DNA of 64,000 nucleotides. Origin: an uncultured Candidatus Saccharibacteria bacterium (GTDB lineage: Bacteria; Patescibacteriota; Saccharimonadia; Saccharimonadales; JACDBH01). The notes beneath the pieces were generated by a model. It was not told the DNA's origin, did no database searches, and saw only the letters and a program-made list of their open reading frames with translations. A program made the translations under genes and the position numbers. The DNA is taken from NCBI GenBank assembly GCA_964490245.1, contig CAZBAF010000001.1, forward strand, positions 120,928 to 184,927, written 5' to 3'. Positions 46,292-55,801 of the stretch are shown here, in pieces; position 1 is the first letter of the stretch, and every line of letters starts with the position of its first letter.

Positions 46292-47005
46292 TTGTCGCAC
46301 TATACGTCCGGCCGGACGTTTTTGCGGGCAGGGTATACTGGAGGGGTGAAGCTACAATTCATCCGCAAACAAGAAGAGACCGATGGCATCTGGTCGTTTT
46401 TCTTTGAACCGGCCGAACCGCTGACGTGGCTGGCCGGGCAGTCCATCCGGCTGGAGATTCCGCGCAGCAGCTGGGGGGTCGACGAACGGCGTTTTACCAT
46501 TGCCTCAGCCCCGCACGAGCAGCACCTACGCATCACCACGCGCCGCAGCGACAGCAGTTTTAAGCAAAACCTGTTCGCCCTGCAGGCCGGCACACCAATC
46601 AATGCCTTTGGGGTAGAGGGCAGTTTTATATGGGGAGGAGAAAAAGCACATCGGCTGTTTATTGCCGCCGGTATTGGCATTACCCCGTACCGCGCCATGC
46701 TGAGCCAGCGCATCGCAGACGGGCAGGCGCTTGACGCCACGCTAGTCTATGCCAGCAGTGACAAACCAGCCGCCTTCCAGGATGAATTACAGGATTGGGC
46801 AAGCGCATATAGCGACCTCAGGCTCCTGCAGACCGATCAGCGGCTGTTCATCGGCCCCGATTCATCCCTGTCAGAACACTGGCAAAAGAGCATTATTTAC
46901 GTCTCTGGCCCTGAAGCAATGGTCAAGGATCTGACCGCGCGGCTGCAGGCCATGGGCGTTGCAGACAAACGAATCCGGCGCGACGAGTTTACCGGAAATT
47001 TGTAA
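46292..47005 (+). CDS. FNR-family FAD/NAD(P)-binding oxidoreductase
   Basis: RRFTIASAP (RxY[ST]) FAD motif; AAGIGITP NAD-binding motif. Confidence 0.65.
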   Translation: MSHYTSGRTFLRAGYTGGVKLQFIRKQEETDGIWSFFFEPAEPLTWLAGQSIRLEIPRSSWGVDERRFTIASAPHEQHLRITTRRSDSSFKQNLFALQAGTPINAFGVEGSFIWGGEKAHRLFIAAGIGITPYRAMLSQRIADGQALDATLVYASSDKPAAFQDELQDWASAYSDLRLLQTDQRLFIGPDSSLSEHWQKSIIYVSGPEAMVKDLTARLQAMGVADKRIRRDEFTGNL

Positions 47006-47436
47006 ATTTTACATCATCACGAATTTGCCCAAAATAACAGGTTGTTTTGTGCCGGCATGGCATGAAATGCTTTTGGTAAAAGTTGACTTATATTTTGATA
47101 TTGCTAAGCTGGTTTTTGTGTCTTTTTTACGTGTGAGGTGAAAAAGCCGCAACGAGCAAGTGTTGAACCTTCCTATGCAAGCCCTGGCACACAGCACGAG
47201 CCAGCATCGCACGCCTCGGGACAAAATACCGGGAACATGCCGCAAAACGCATGTGCGAAAAGCAGCCTGCCAGCATGCCGGCAGCAGGGAACGGGGACAC
47301 ATATGTTCGCACTACCCATGCATATCTCAAATAATTAATGTAAATCATATTGCCTGTCGCTAGAGAGCAGGCAGCCGTTCTATGCCGTTTTTCCGGTACC
47401 GGCCGACGCATGGGGGTAGAGGGGAGTAGATAGAAT

Positions 47437-48198
47437 ATGAAAAAACGAGCTCTTGTAGCTGGTTTTTTGGTGCCCGCATTTCTGGCATCAGCACTTATTC
47501 TGGGCGTTGCATCAGCCCAGAGCGGCGATCAGGGTTTCCCCCTGGGAGCTATAAACATCACTAAAGAAAGTAAAGAAGCTCAGGACGAACAGCAGGCAGA
47601 TGAGCAGCCCGGCCAAACAGAAGCCGTGCTGTCGGCAGCCACGACTGACGAGCCGGCCATAGACGAGCCGGAAACGCCTGAGCCGGTCATTGTAGAGGTG
47701 CAGAAAGGCGATTCTTTAAGCAAGATTGCCGCCGCACACGACACTACCTGGCGACGTTTGTTTGACGCCAACAGCTTCATTAGCAACCCGGACATCATCA
47801 ACCCGGGCGATAAAATCCGCGTACCTTTTGCAGAAGAGGAAATCGCCGCCCGTGAACTGCCGGCACCAAAGCCGGTTGCACCGCGAGTTGCGACGCCAAA
47901 GCCAGCAGCAAAGGCCAAGCCGGCGCCGCGTATTACAACCAGCGCACCGGCAGTAGCTAGCGGAAGCGTATGGGATCGTCTGGCGCAGTGTGAATCCGGC
48001 GGACGCTGGAACATTAACACCGGTAACGGCTACTACGGCGGCCTGCAGTTTCTGCCCAGCACCTGGCGCGGAGTCGGCGGCACCGGCCTGCCGCACCAGC
48101 ACAGCCGCGAAGAGCAGATTCACCGTGCCGAAATCCTGCTGGCACGCAGCGGCTGGGGCCAGTGGCCACAGTGCGCCCGCAAGCTTGGACTGCTTTAA
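47437..48198 (+). CDS. secreted resuscitation-promoting-factor (Rpf) transglycosylase-like domain protein with LysM
   Basis: Signal peptide, LysM (…KGDSLSKIAAAHDTTW…), Rpf core (…AQCESGGRWNINTGNGYYGGLQFLPSTW…). Confidence 0.8.
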   Translation: MKKRALVAGFLVPAFLASALILGVASAQSGDQGFPLGAINITKESKEAQDEQQADEQPGQTEAVLSAATTDEPAIDEPETPEPVIVEVQKGDSLSKIAAAHDTTWRRLFDANSFISNPDIINPGDKIRVPFAEEEIAARELPAPKPVAPRVATPKPAAKAKPAPRITTSAPAVASGSVWDRLAQCESGGRWNINTGNGYYGGLQFLPSTWRGVGGTGLPHQHSREEQIHRAEILLARSGWGQWPQCARKLGLL

Positions 48199-48572
48199 GC
48201 CCGTTTCCTGACGTATTTCTTTACAAAGGCAGGGTTTAAGACCAGCGATTCGGCCACAATATCGGCAGCGAATTTAAGGCCAAGAAAAAGCAAAACCGAC
48301 CAATCAACAAAAAAGACCAGGGCAGGTATAAGGTGGAGCGGCACAATCCGCTTCACCACCTGCCCAAAGCCAAACATTTTTTGACGATCCTGTGGCTTTA
48401 AAAAATAAGCCAACACATAACCAGTCAGCAGCATCACGCAGTTTATAAACACCAGCGACCACTGTGTATCACGCAGCTGCCGATTATCCTGGTTCCGTAC
48501 CTGTATAACAGCGATAACCTGCCGCTGGCAGCGCTGTTTTACGGCGCGGCGGTAACGGGTTATTTCAGCCAT
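48195..48572 (-). CDS. small integral membrane protein
   Basis: 125 aa, 3 TM-like segments. Confidence 0.5.
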   Translation of the reverse strand: MAEITRYRRAVKQRCQRQVIAVIQVRNQDNRQLRDTQWSLVFINCVMLLTGYVLAYFLKPQDRQKMFGFGQVVKRIVPLHLIPALVFFVDWSVLLFLGLKFAADIVAESLVLNPAFVKKYVRKRA

Positions 48573-48631
48573 CTGTTGCTGGACGGCCTGATCTGGCGCA
48601 GATTCCGCATAAGAAGCAAACGCTGGTAGTC

Positions 48632-48698
48632 ACACCATATATAGTGTCTATACGCTATATATAGCGTATACATACGTTGACAACGCTATATATGGTGT
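48632..48698. promoter_or_regulatory. cluster of three palindromic operators built from half-sites ACACCATATAT / ACGCTATATAT
   Basis: ACACCATATATAGTGT; perfect 22-bp palindrome TATACGCTATATATAGCGTATA; ACGCTATATATGGTGT; overlaps TTGACA at 48677. Confidence 0.45.
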
Positions 48699-48709
48699 AT
48701 TTGTGCCGA

Positions 48710-49165
48710 TTACTCGATCAGAGTTTTTAGCTCGATCGTACCGTCCTGCTGATACTTATCATCGCCGCCGCTACGATAAATACCCTCAATACTGACAGGT
48801 TCGCCAAAGGGCACGTCAGTAATAAACGACTGATCAGGTGTGGTGTCCTGCAGGCCGTAATAGGTGCCGGATTCGTCTTTAAAACCGTATGCGCACTCGA
48901 GTGTCACCGGGCCGCTTTGATCACGGTGCGGCAGGCAGGCCAGCTCGCCCTTGAGCGACACCATGTCGCCGTCTGTAAAGCGCGCGCGATTGCCGGATTC
49001 GGGCGCGCTGATATTCTCTGAGATAAAAAAAGCGATCAAAACAGCCAGCAGTGTCGTGATGATTATGATCAGGCTGCGCCGTCGCATATACGTATTGTTA
49101 ACGCGCCGGGCCGTAATGTCAATGCGGCGTTGCAGCCAAAACAGTTCCTCAAACAGACGCGGCAT
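48710..49165 (-). CDS. secreted/membrane-anchored hypothetical protein
   Basis: Signal-anchor (RRRSLIIIITTLLAVLIAFFI) then soluble domain. Confidence 0.5.
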   Translation of the reverse strand: MPRLFEELFWLQRRIDITARRVNNTYMRRRSLIIIITTLLAVLIAFFISENISAPESGNRARFTDGDMVSLKGELACLPHRDQSGPVTLECAYGFKDESGTYYGLQDTTPDQSFITDVPFGEPVSIEGIYRSGGDDKYQQDGTIELKTLIE

Positions 49166-49216
49166 AGCTGATCGCCCTATCCGAATGATCTGCAGCCAAG
49201 CGAAACAGTTCCGGCC

Positions 49217-50161
49217 TTGCCCTTACAGCGCGCTGTCAGTATAGTTACTTTAAATATAAGCTGGCCAACCATGAAGCAAAACGTACTGGAACGGCGCGAG
49301 AACATAGACGGAGCGGAGCTGCGTTTTGTGACGCCGCGCGAGACGAACGACCAGACGCTGCGCCTGCTGGTTATGCTCAATGGTATTGGAGCGGGCGTTG
49401 ACAACTGGGGGACGCTGCTGGAATCGCTCGAGCGTCCGACCGTTGCGATTGATGTGCGCGAATCAAAGCACCTGAAAACCGTGCCCACCATGCGGCATTA
49501 CGGCGAGATTGTCATGAATATCGTGGCCAAAATCACCGAAAAACCAGCTGATGTCCTGGGGTATTCGTGGGGCGGTCTGGAGGCCCAGCAGATTGCCGCC
49601 GATTACGGCGAGCGCATCGGCAGGCTTGTGCTTGCAGCCACACTGCCGGGACAGACTTTTACCGTGCCTGGGGCGACGGCTCTATGGGGGCTGGCTTCGT
49701 GGGACCGCTCGCCAGAGCACTTGCGCCAGATAGCGGGGGATATGTACGGCGGCAGTATTCGTACCAAGCCGGAGCTGGTCGAGCATTTAAGAATCGCCCG
49801 GGAGGTAAACCCGCGGACCTATCTGCAGCAACATGCCGCCGCGCTGAGCTGCTCGACACTGAGGCCCTTTGCGCTGCCGCTCGTGGCACGGCTACCCTCA
49901 ATCCGGAACGAGACGCTTATTCTTGCGGGCAATGACGACCCGGTTATCGGTATGCGCAATAATCACATTCTTAACCGTCTTATCCCGCGCTCCCGCTTAA
50001 GTATTGTGGATGACGGACACCTTCTGCTTTTTACCCAGGCAGACCTCGTCGTGCCGGCCATTCAGCGGTTTCTTGATGATGGGGAAGCCCCAGCCGGCTA
50101 TCTGACCGCTGAATCGACTGCCCATCAGCCAGACAGAAACAACCTGGCGGCAGCCGCATAG
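49217..50161 (+). CDS. alpha/beta-fold hydrolase
   Basis: GYSWGG nucleophile elbow. Confidence 0.65.
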   Translation: MPLQRAVSIVTLNISWPTMKQNVLERRENIDGAELRFVTPRETNDQTLRLLVMLNGIGAGVDNWGTLLESLERPTVAIDVRESKHLKTVPTMRHYGEIVMNIVAKITEKPADVLGYSWGGLEAQQIAADYGERIGRLVLAATLPGQTFTVPGATALWGLASWDRSPEHLRQIAGDMYGGSIRTKPELVEHLRIAREVNPRTYLQQHAAALSCSTLRPFALPLVARLPSIRNETLILAGNDDPVIGMRNNHILNRLIPRSRLSIVDDGHLLLFTQADLVVPAIQRFLDDGEAPAGYLTAESTAHQPDRNNLAAAA

Positions 50162-50260
50162 CAGCGGACCAACTCGCCCGCTCATCAGGCGAAAGGCTCT
50201 TATTGGCAAAAGAAATAATCTGTAAAAATATGCAAATGGTATATACTATTTACTAACAGT

Positions 50261-52174
50261 ATGGAGAGAATGATCAACAGCCAGGCGCCGGAGGAGGCTA
50301 TTTTTGCCGCGAACCCCAAAAGCCCGGACAAAGAAACTGTTTTACGGCGGGTGTCGGCAACGCTTGACGCAATTGAGTTTGAACCGCTTTTTGATGATAT
50401 CAGCCTTAAGCAGGTGCAGCCGTTCAAGGCCGAATCCGAAGCCGACGGAGTCTCAGTAGATTTTGAACAAACGTACGCCAAGCTACGTGCCCGCTCAGAA
50501 GCTCCGCGCGAAGGTATAACGGTCGGACTGGGATCATTCGAAGGGAATAAAGCGCTCACTATAGCCGCAAACTGGGGCGTGCGGGGCGCTGCAACCGGCG
50601 AGATAGAAGGCGCTGCCATAGTAGAAGGATTCAGGTTCGCAACTGAACGCAAATTACCGGTTGTCCTGATAGGGGCATCAGCCGGCATGGACCAACAGCA
50701 GGCCGCTAACGCACTGCTACAAATGCCGCGCATGGCCGCTGCAATGTCACTGCACCGCGAAATTACCAACCAGCCATATATATCCATCATGGCCGGTCCA
50801 ACGTACGGCGGCACCTCTGCCAGCATCGCCATGGAAGGGCACTTCAATGTAGCTGTTAATCCAGGCACACCAACCGCCTTTACCGGTCCGGAAATCGTCA
50901 AGCATGTAGCGAACAACATCCTGCATGACCCATCAGCCGCAGTCAAGCCTATCGACCAAAGCGCAATCTTTAATATGATGAACGGCAATGGCGTAGACGG
51001 CATTATTAAAGAAGAAGAAATCGTGCCTGTTGTCGGCAAGTTGCTATCTATCCTGAGCGGCGAGAAAGAAGAGCATGGTAAGCACAATATTACTAGCCGT
51101 ATTCGCGAAAAGATTACCGACATCATGCCCAGGCAGCTCGCCATTAAACCGCGTGAATATTCAAAACAGTACCCCGGTGTCGTGACCGGCCCCAGTCAGC
51201 TTCGGTCTTTAAATGAAGCCATCTACCATCACACACCAGTGCGCCACTCCAAAGGTGAAAAGGGCAGGTTTATTATTCCCGCCAAATCCAAAACAGAAGT
51301 CCCTGAAGATCCCGCGCAAAGATGGGCGCAAAACTTTGAATCCCATATCAAAACTGGCGAGCTGACGCACATCGATACCATGACCATTCTGCAGTATGGC
51401 TTTGATGACTTTGTGCTGATGCGCAACCCATATGAACACCGCGGCCGGCTGTGCTTTGACAGTATTGTCACCGCCTACGCCAGTGTAGATGGGCAGCCAG
51501 TGGTGATTATCGGCCAACAGCCGGATTTTGAGATAGGGAATGACCAGCAGTTATTAAGACGCTATGCTGAACCGGGACCAAAGGACTGGCGCCGTGCAAC
51601 CGAAGCAGTGCAGCGCGCAAATTGGCTCGATATTCCGATCATCACGCTGCTTGATTCACCCGGTGCCAAATCCGACAGATGGGCGGACAGAGATGGCCAG
51701 TCAAAGGCTATGAGCGAAACCTTAGTTGCAGTCAACAGTTCAAAGGTGCCGGCACTAACTTATGTTATTGGCGCTGCCGGCAGCGGCGGGGCAATTTGCG
51801 GACTGTCTCTATTCCCTAAACCGCAGGCTTTGGAAACTGCCAATATTGTGGTCGCATCGCCTTTGGCATCTGCCCTTATTCTAAAGGGCGCACAGCGCAT
51901 AGAAAAAACCGGACCGCCCAGCCTGCAGCTTGTTCAGTCAATGCTGGACGCAATGAGATCCGGTGCAGAGGCATGGCACGGCGAGAACTCAATCTTCCGC
52001 GGTATTATTAAGACCGATCCCAATCCGCTTAAGACAACCGAACACCTGATGCAGGCCATCCGCGAAGACCTGGCTACTTACGGCAGATACACGCCGGAAC
52101 AATTACGCCAGGGCAGGCTGGGCGCACTCGCCGCCACCAGCAGCAATGTCGAAATTACCTACCGCGCAAAATAA
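50261..52174 (+). CDS. carboxyltransferase with fused AccD-like (beta) and AccA-like (alpha) domains
   Basis: N-domain …GASAGMDQQQAANALLQMPRMAAA…; C-domain …LLDSPGAKSDRWADRDGQSKAMSE…VIGAAGSGGA…. Confidence 0.7.
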   Translation: MERMINSQAPEEAIFAANPKSPDKETVLRRVSATLDAIEFEPLFDDISLKQVQPFKAESEADGVSVDFEQTYAKLRARSEAPREGITVGLGSFEGNKALTIAANWGVRGAATGEIEGAAIVEGFRFATERKLPVVLIGASAGMDQQQAANALLQMPRMAAAMSLHREITNQPYISIMAGPTYGGTSASIAMEGHFNVAVNPGTPTAFTGPEIVKHVANNILHDPSAAVKPIDQSAIFNMMNGNGVDGIIKEEEIVPVVGKLLSILSGEKEEHGKHNITSRIREKITDIMPRQLAIKPREYSKQYPGVVTGPSQLRSLNEAIYHHTPVRHSKGEKGRFIIPAKSKTEVPEDPAQRWAQNFESHIKTGELTHIDTMTILQYGFDDFVLMRNPYEHRGRLCFDSIVTAYASVDGQPVVIIGQQPDFEIGNDQQLLRRYAEPGPKDWRRATEAVQRANWLDIPIITLLDSPGAKSDRWADRDGQSKAMSETLVAVNSSKVPALTYVIGAAGSGGAICGLSLFPKPQALETANIVVASPLASALILKGAQRIEKTGPPSLQLVQSMLDAMRSGAEAWHGENSIFRGIIKTDPNPLKTTEHLMQAIREDLATYGRYTPEQLRQGRLGALAATSSNVEITYRAK

Positions 52175-52226
52175 CCAAAGCTAAATTTGAGCATCTGATG
52201 AGCTCATAACTAAGAGTCGTATGGTT

Positions 52227-52784
52227 TTATGGCGCAGCCACCACTGCGACAACAATACCGATCAGCAAAACTGCGTATTCAAAAATTCCAAAGGGATGAG
52301 GCCTTAGGTAAATGTGCCGTACCCAATCCGGATGTCTATATTTTCGTATCATCTTGTCGCGCTCTGCGTCATTCCAGGAATAAAATCGCTTCTTGGGCAT
52401 GCTTTTGTTGTTCGGTGTCTTTGCCTGAAATAAAAACAGATAGGAGTTTTTCTTAAAAGGGTAGAGCCATTTTAACCCAAAGCCAATGCCAACACTATCG
52501 TGCAAAAAATGCGCCAGCGCACCTAGTGCAAAAAGCAGCCCCAGCTCAGGACTAAAGATCAGTCCCAGCACGCCTACAGCAGGAGTAAACAGAAGCGGGT
52601 AGTGCAGCAGATCGCGGTGGCTCGAATCAGGCAAACGCCGCTTGCGCAGCCATGCCCAGATATAATCGAGATCAGGCAAAAGCGTTGCCGCAATCCCAAG
52701 CCCCAGGCTCGGGGCATATCCAAGCGAGGTATGTACGCCAAACAGCGCACCCAGTATCAGTCCTACTCCTATATCAAGCGGCAT
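52227..52784 (-). CDS. YdjM/DUF457-like membrane-bound metal-dependent hydrolase
   Basis: Multi-TM with His/Asp-rich loops (…HFLHDSVG…). Confidence 0.5.
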   Translation of the reverse strand: MPLDIGVGLILGALFGVHTSLGYAPSLGLGIAATLLPDLDYIWAWLRKRRLPDSSHRDLLHYPLLFTPAVGVLGLIFSPELGLLFALGALAHFLHDSVGIGFGLKWLYPFKKNSYLFLFQAKTPNNKSMPKKRFYSWNDAERDKMIRKYRHPDWVRHIYLRPHPFGIFEYAVLLIGIVVAVVAAP

Positions 52785-52833
52785 GAGTTAACTATAGCAA
52801 AAGACTCCGATAGGCATATGCCGGAATGCCTTA

Positions 52834-52910
52834 TGGCAGGGGAGACAGGATTCGAACCTGCGGCCCTCGGTTTTGGAGACCGATGCTCTGACCAGCTGAG
52901 CTACTCCCCT
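52834..52910 (-). tRNA. tRNA-Trp (anticodon CCA)
   Basis: Acceptor AGGGGAG/CTCCCCT, D-arm GCTC-AGCTGGTCA-GAGC, anticodon stem TCGGT/ACCGA with loop CTCCAAA, T-arm GCAGG-TTCGAAT-CCTGT, discriminator G, encoded CCA. Confidence 0.9.
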
Positions 52911-53140
52911 TTGTCGCAATGTGGTAGTGCGGTTTCTGTATTGCCGGCAAAACAAGATTGTCCGGCAATATTTGAAACCTCAATAAGCTTGTGCCTCTCA
53001 AAATCCCAAACAGCGGACAAGCCGCCTGGTTTGGTATTTTGTTTTTCTGCAAGAAGACAAAACAATCATAACCTATCTCTGTTAATTTGTCATCTTCCAG
53101 ATGGGCTGGATTTTATCTTTTGACCTTCCTGTTATAGAAT

Positions 53141-53809
53141 ATGCTACGTATGGACAAAATTGTGCCGAGCCAGCCGGTCTTAGTGTTGCTGTATGGATTC
53201 CCGGGGGCGGGCAAGACATATTTTGCACGCCAGTTCAGCGAAGCGATTCAGATTGCTCATCTCGAGCAGGACCGGATCAGATATGAGCTGTTCCAGCAGC
53301 CTCGCTTTTCAAAGCAGGAGAATGCAGCGTTGGGCCGGATTCAGGAATACATGGCAAACGAATTTTTGAACGCCGGCATCAGCGTTATTCTGGATATGAA
53401 CGCCATGCGCATCAGTCAGCGCCGGGCGCTGCGCGAAATGGCCCGCCGCAGCAAAGCCGCCACGCTGGTGGTATGGTTTCAGATTGATCCGGACACCGCT
53501 TTTATCCGCAATCATAAGCGCGACCGCCGCAAGAATGACGACCGTTTTGCCGTCGGCTATGACGAAAACGCCTTTCGCCAATTGGCGTCGTACATGCAGC
53601 ACCCCGAACCGACCGAAGATTTTGTGGTGGTCAGCGGCAAGCACAGCTTTGCCGGCCAGATGAGTACCGTTATCAAAAAACTGGCTGACATGCGCGTCAT
53701 CAAAACCACAGCCGCCGCCCACAAAATGATCAGGCCCGAGCTGGTCAATCTGGTTCCGCCGCCGCCTGCACCCGGCCGGCCGCATCGGCGCAATATCGTA
53801 CTGCGCTAA
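53141..53809 (+). CDS. P-loop kinase-like protein (zeta-toxin/polynucleotide-kinase-like fold)
   Basis: Walker A …LYGFPGAGKTYFA…. Confidence 0.5.
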   Translation: MLRMDKIVPSQPVLVLLYGFPGAGKTYFARQFSEAIQIAHLEQDRIRYELFQQPRFSKQENAALGRIQEYMANEFLNAGISVILDMNAMRISQRRALREMARRSKAATLVVWFQIDPDTAFIRNHKRDRRKNDDRFAVGYDENAFRQLASYMQHPEPTEDFVVVSGKHSFAGQMSTVIKKLADMRVIKTTAAAHKMIRPELVNLVPPPPAPGRPHRRNIVLR

Positions 53810-53940
53810 TAAAGAATTTGACATTGTCTATTCCTCAATTCCCAAAATTCTACATTTGCCATTCTGGCAGACATGCTTGCGGACAATGTAAAATGATACT
53901 TGATACATTAATGAAAAATGTAAAATGTTAAGCGACCTCT

Positions 53941-54651
53941 ATGGCTCAAAGAACCGTTGAAATACCAGAGATCGGCACCGTAACGCTAATCAAGCGCCGC
54001 GGCAACACCAATATCCGCCTGAGCTTTGCACGCGACGGCTCGATCCGCGTCAGCCTGCCGTATTGGGTACCGTATCAGTCGGGTGTCAGCTTTGCACTAC
54101 AGCGCAAAGACTGGATAGACGAGCACCGGCCGGATAAACCGGCGCTGCTGCACAGCCGTGCCCGAATCGGCAAGGCTCACCGTCTGGCCATCGAACAGAG
54201 GATAGAAAGCCAGGGCGTGCGGGTAACGGTCAGGCAAAACGTGATTAACGTGCTGTGTCCGGTGGATACGCCCGTCACCCATGCCAGCGTCCAAAAGGCC
54301 GCCGAACGCGGCGCGCACAAGGCGCTCAAGGTCGAGGCCGACCGCCTGCTGCCGCAGCGGCTGGAGCAGCTGGCCCGCCAGCACCACTTTACCTATCATT
54401 CGGTCACCACCAAACGGCTCAGTTCACGCTGGGGCAGCTGCAGTCAGCTGAAAGAGATTGTACTTAATATCTATCTGATGCAGTTACCCTGGGAGTTGAT
54501 TGATTATGTCATCCTGCATGAACTGACCCACACCGAACACCTTAATCACAGCGCCCAGTTCTGGCAACGGCTTGAGCAGGCGCTGCCTAACGCCCGGGCT
54601 TTACGTAAACAAATCCGCCAGCACCGTACGAACGTAGTGGCGCTGGACTAG
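53941..54651 (+). CDS. YgjP/DUF45-family zinc metallohydrolase (WLM/SprT-like HExxH)
   Basis: …YVILHELTHTEHLNHSAQFW…. Confidence 0.75.
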   Translation: MAQRTVEIPEIGTVTLIKRRGNTNIRLSFARDGSIRVSLPYWVPYQSGVSFALQRKDWIDEHRPDKPALLHSRARIGKAHRLAIEQRIESQGVRVTVRQNVINVLCPVDTPVTHASVQKAAERGAHKALKVEADRLLPQRLEQLARQHHFTYHSVTTKRLSSRWGSCSQLKEIVLNIYLMQLPWELIDYVILHELTHTEHLNHSAQFWQRLEQALPNARALRKQIRQHRTNVVALD

Positions 54652-55796
54652 GCCGGCACAGCAGAACTGCCCGGAGCCTGAGTAAGCTCGTTCATATTTG
54701 GGATAAAAATAGTAAAGGTTGAACCCTTGTTCAGTGCGCTTTCTACATCAATCTTGGCGCCGATCAGTTTGGCCAGCTTGCGGGTGACATACAGGCCCAG
54801 GCCAGTGCCGCTGTTCTGGCGCGTGCGGAAATCCTCGGACCGGAAAAACTTCTGAAAAATCTGTTCCTGATCCGGCTTACTGATACCGATACCAGTATCG
54901 CTGACCGTAAACACCACTCCGCCGGCCGCCGGCCTGGCCCCCAGTGTAATGCTGCCTTGCTCGGTGTATTTGATGGAGTTAGTGATAAAGTTCTGTAGTA
55001 TTTCGCGCACATACAGCGAGCTCGAGTTAAGCAGCTCCAGCCCGGGATCAATATCGGTAAACAGCTGCAGATTTTTCTTCTCGATGCTGGGACGGTAATT
55101 TTGCGCTAGACTGGTCAGCAGCTGATGCACATTAATAGAGACAAAGCTGGTGCTCAACACACCGTTCTCGGCCCGTGACAGCGTTGACAGATCGTTAATC
55201 AGGCTGCTCAAAAAAAGTATCTGGTCATGTGCCTGCTGCACGGTGGTGCGGACTTTTTCAAGATCGCCGCCCCGGTCGATAGTGATGATCGAGTTGCTGA
55301 GATTGCCCTCGGCAATGGTCACCGGCGTGCGCAGCTCGTGGCTGACCACGCTGATAAACTCATTACGCTCTTCCTCCAGCGACTTTTCGTGCGTGATATC
55401 GCGCACCAGAATCACAAAACCACCCTTATCGCCACTGCCATAACTGGGCTTAACAGGCGAAATACTGACGTACACATTAATCAGACTGCCGTCCTTGTAA
55501 CGCAGCAGGTAATCACGCGATACCACTTGGGTCTTGGTCTCTATCACCAGACGCGTGCCGTCAATTGGCTGCTCGTGCGCATCCAGCAGCTTTAACATAT
55601 TGCCGATATAGATACCCTCAAGATCGGTGTTGGAATCAAGAATGTTCAGGGCAGCGCCGTTACACATCATAATCTTGCCATGCGGGTCAGTGGCAATCAC
55701 GCCGTCAACCATGCTGTTTATCAGGGCACGCAGCTGCTGGTGCTCAATATTGATCACTTCCTGCTCTTTGGCAGACAGCGTGTAGTCTTTATCCAT
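54648..55796 (-). CDS. PAS-domain sensor histidine kinase
   Basis: H-box …SHELRTPVT…; N-terminal PAS; HATPase_c G-boxes. Confidence 0.8.
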   Translation of the reverse strand: MDKDYTLSAKEQEVINIEHQQLRALINSMVDGVIATDPHGKIMMCNGAALNILDSNTDLEGIYIGNMLKLLDAHEQPIDGTRLVIETKTQVVSRDYLLRYKDGSLINVYVSISPVKPSYGSGDKGGFVILVRDITHEKSLEEERNEFISVVSHELRTPVTIAEGNLSNSIITIDRGGDLEKVRTTVQQAHDQILFLSSLINDLSTLSRAENGVLSTSFVSINVHQLLTSLAQNYRPSIEKKNLQLFTDIDPGLELLNSSSLYVREILQNFITNSIKYTEQGSITLGARPAAGGVVFTVSDTGIGISKPDQEQIFQKFFRSEDFRTRQNSGTGLGLYVTRKLAKLIGAKIDVESALNKGSTFTIFIPNMNELTQAPGSSAVPA

Positions 55797-55801
55797 AACT
55801 T

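Noticed and set aside
50200-51144. 314-aa minus-strand ORF overlapping the carboxyltransferase gene
   Set aside because: Antisense to the AccD/AccA-like gene; Ser/Ala/Pro-rich, no motifs.
52831-53052. 73-aa minus ORF overlapping tRNA-Trp
   Set aside because: Its sequence is the tRNA itself read as protein; the tRNA fold is complete and canonical.
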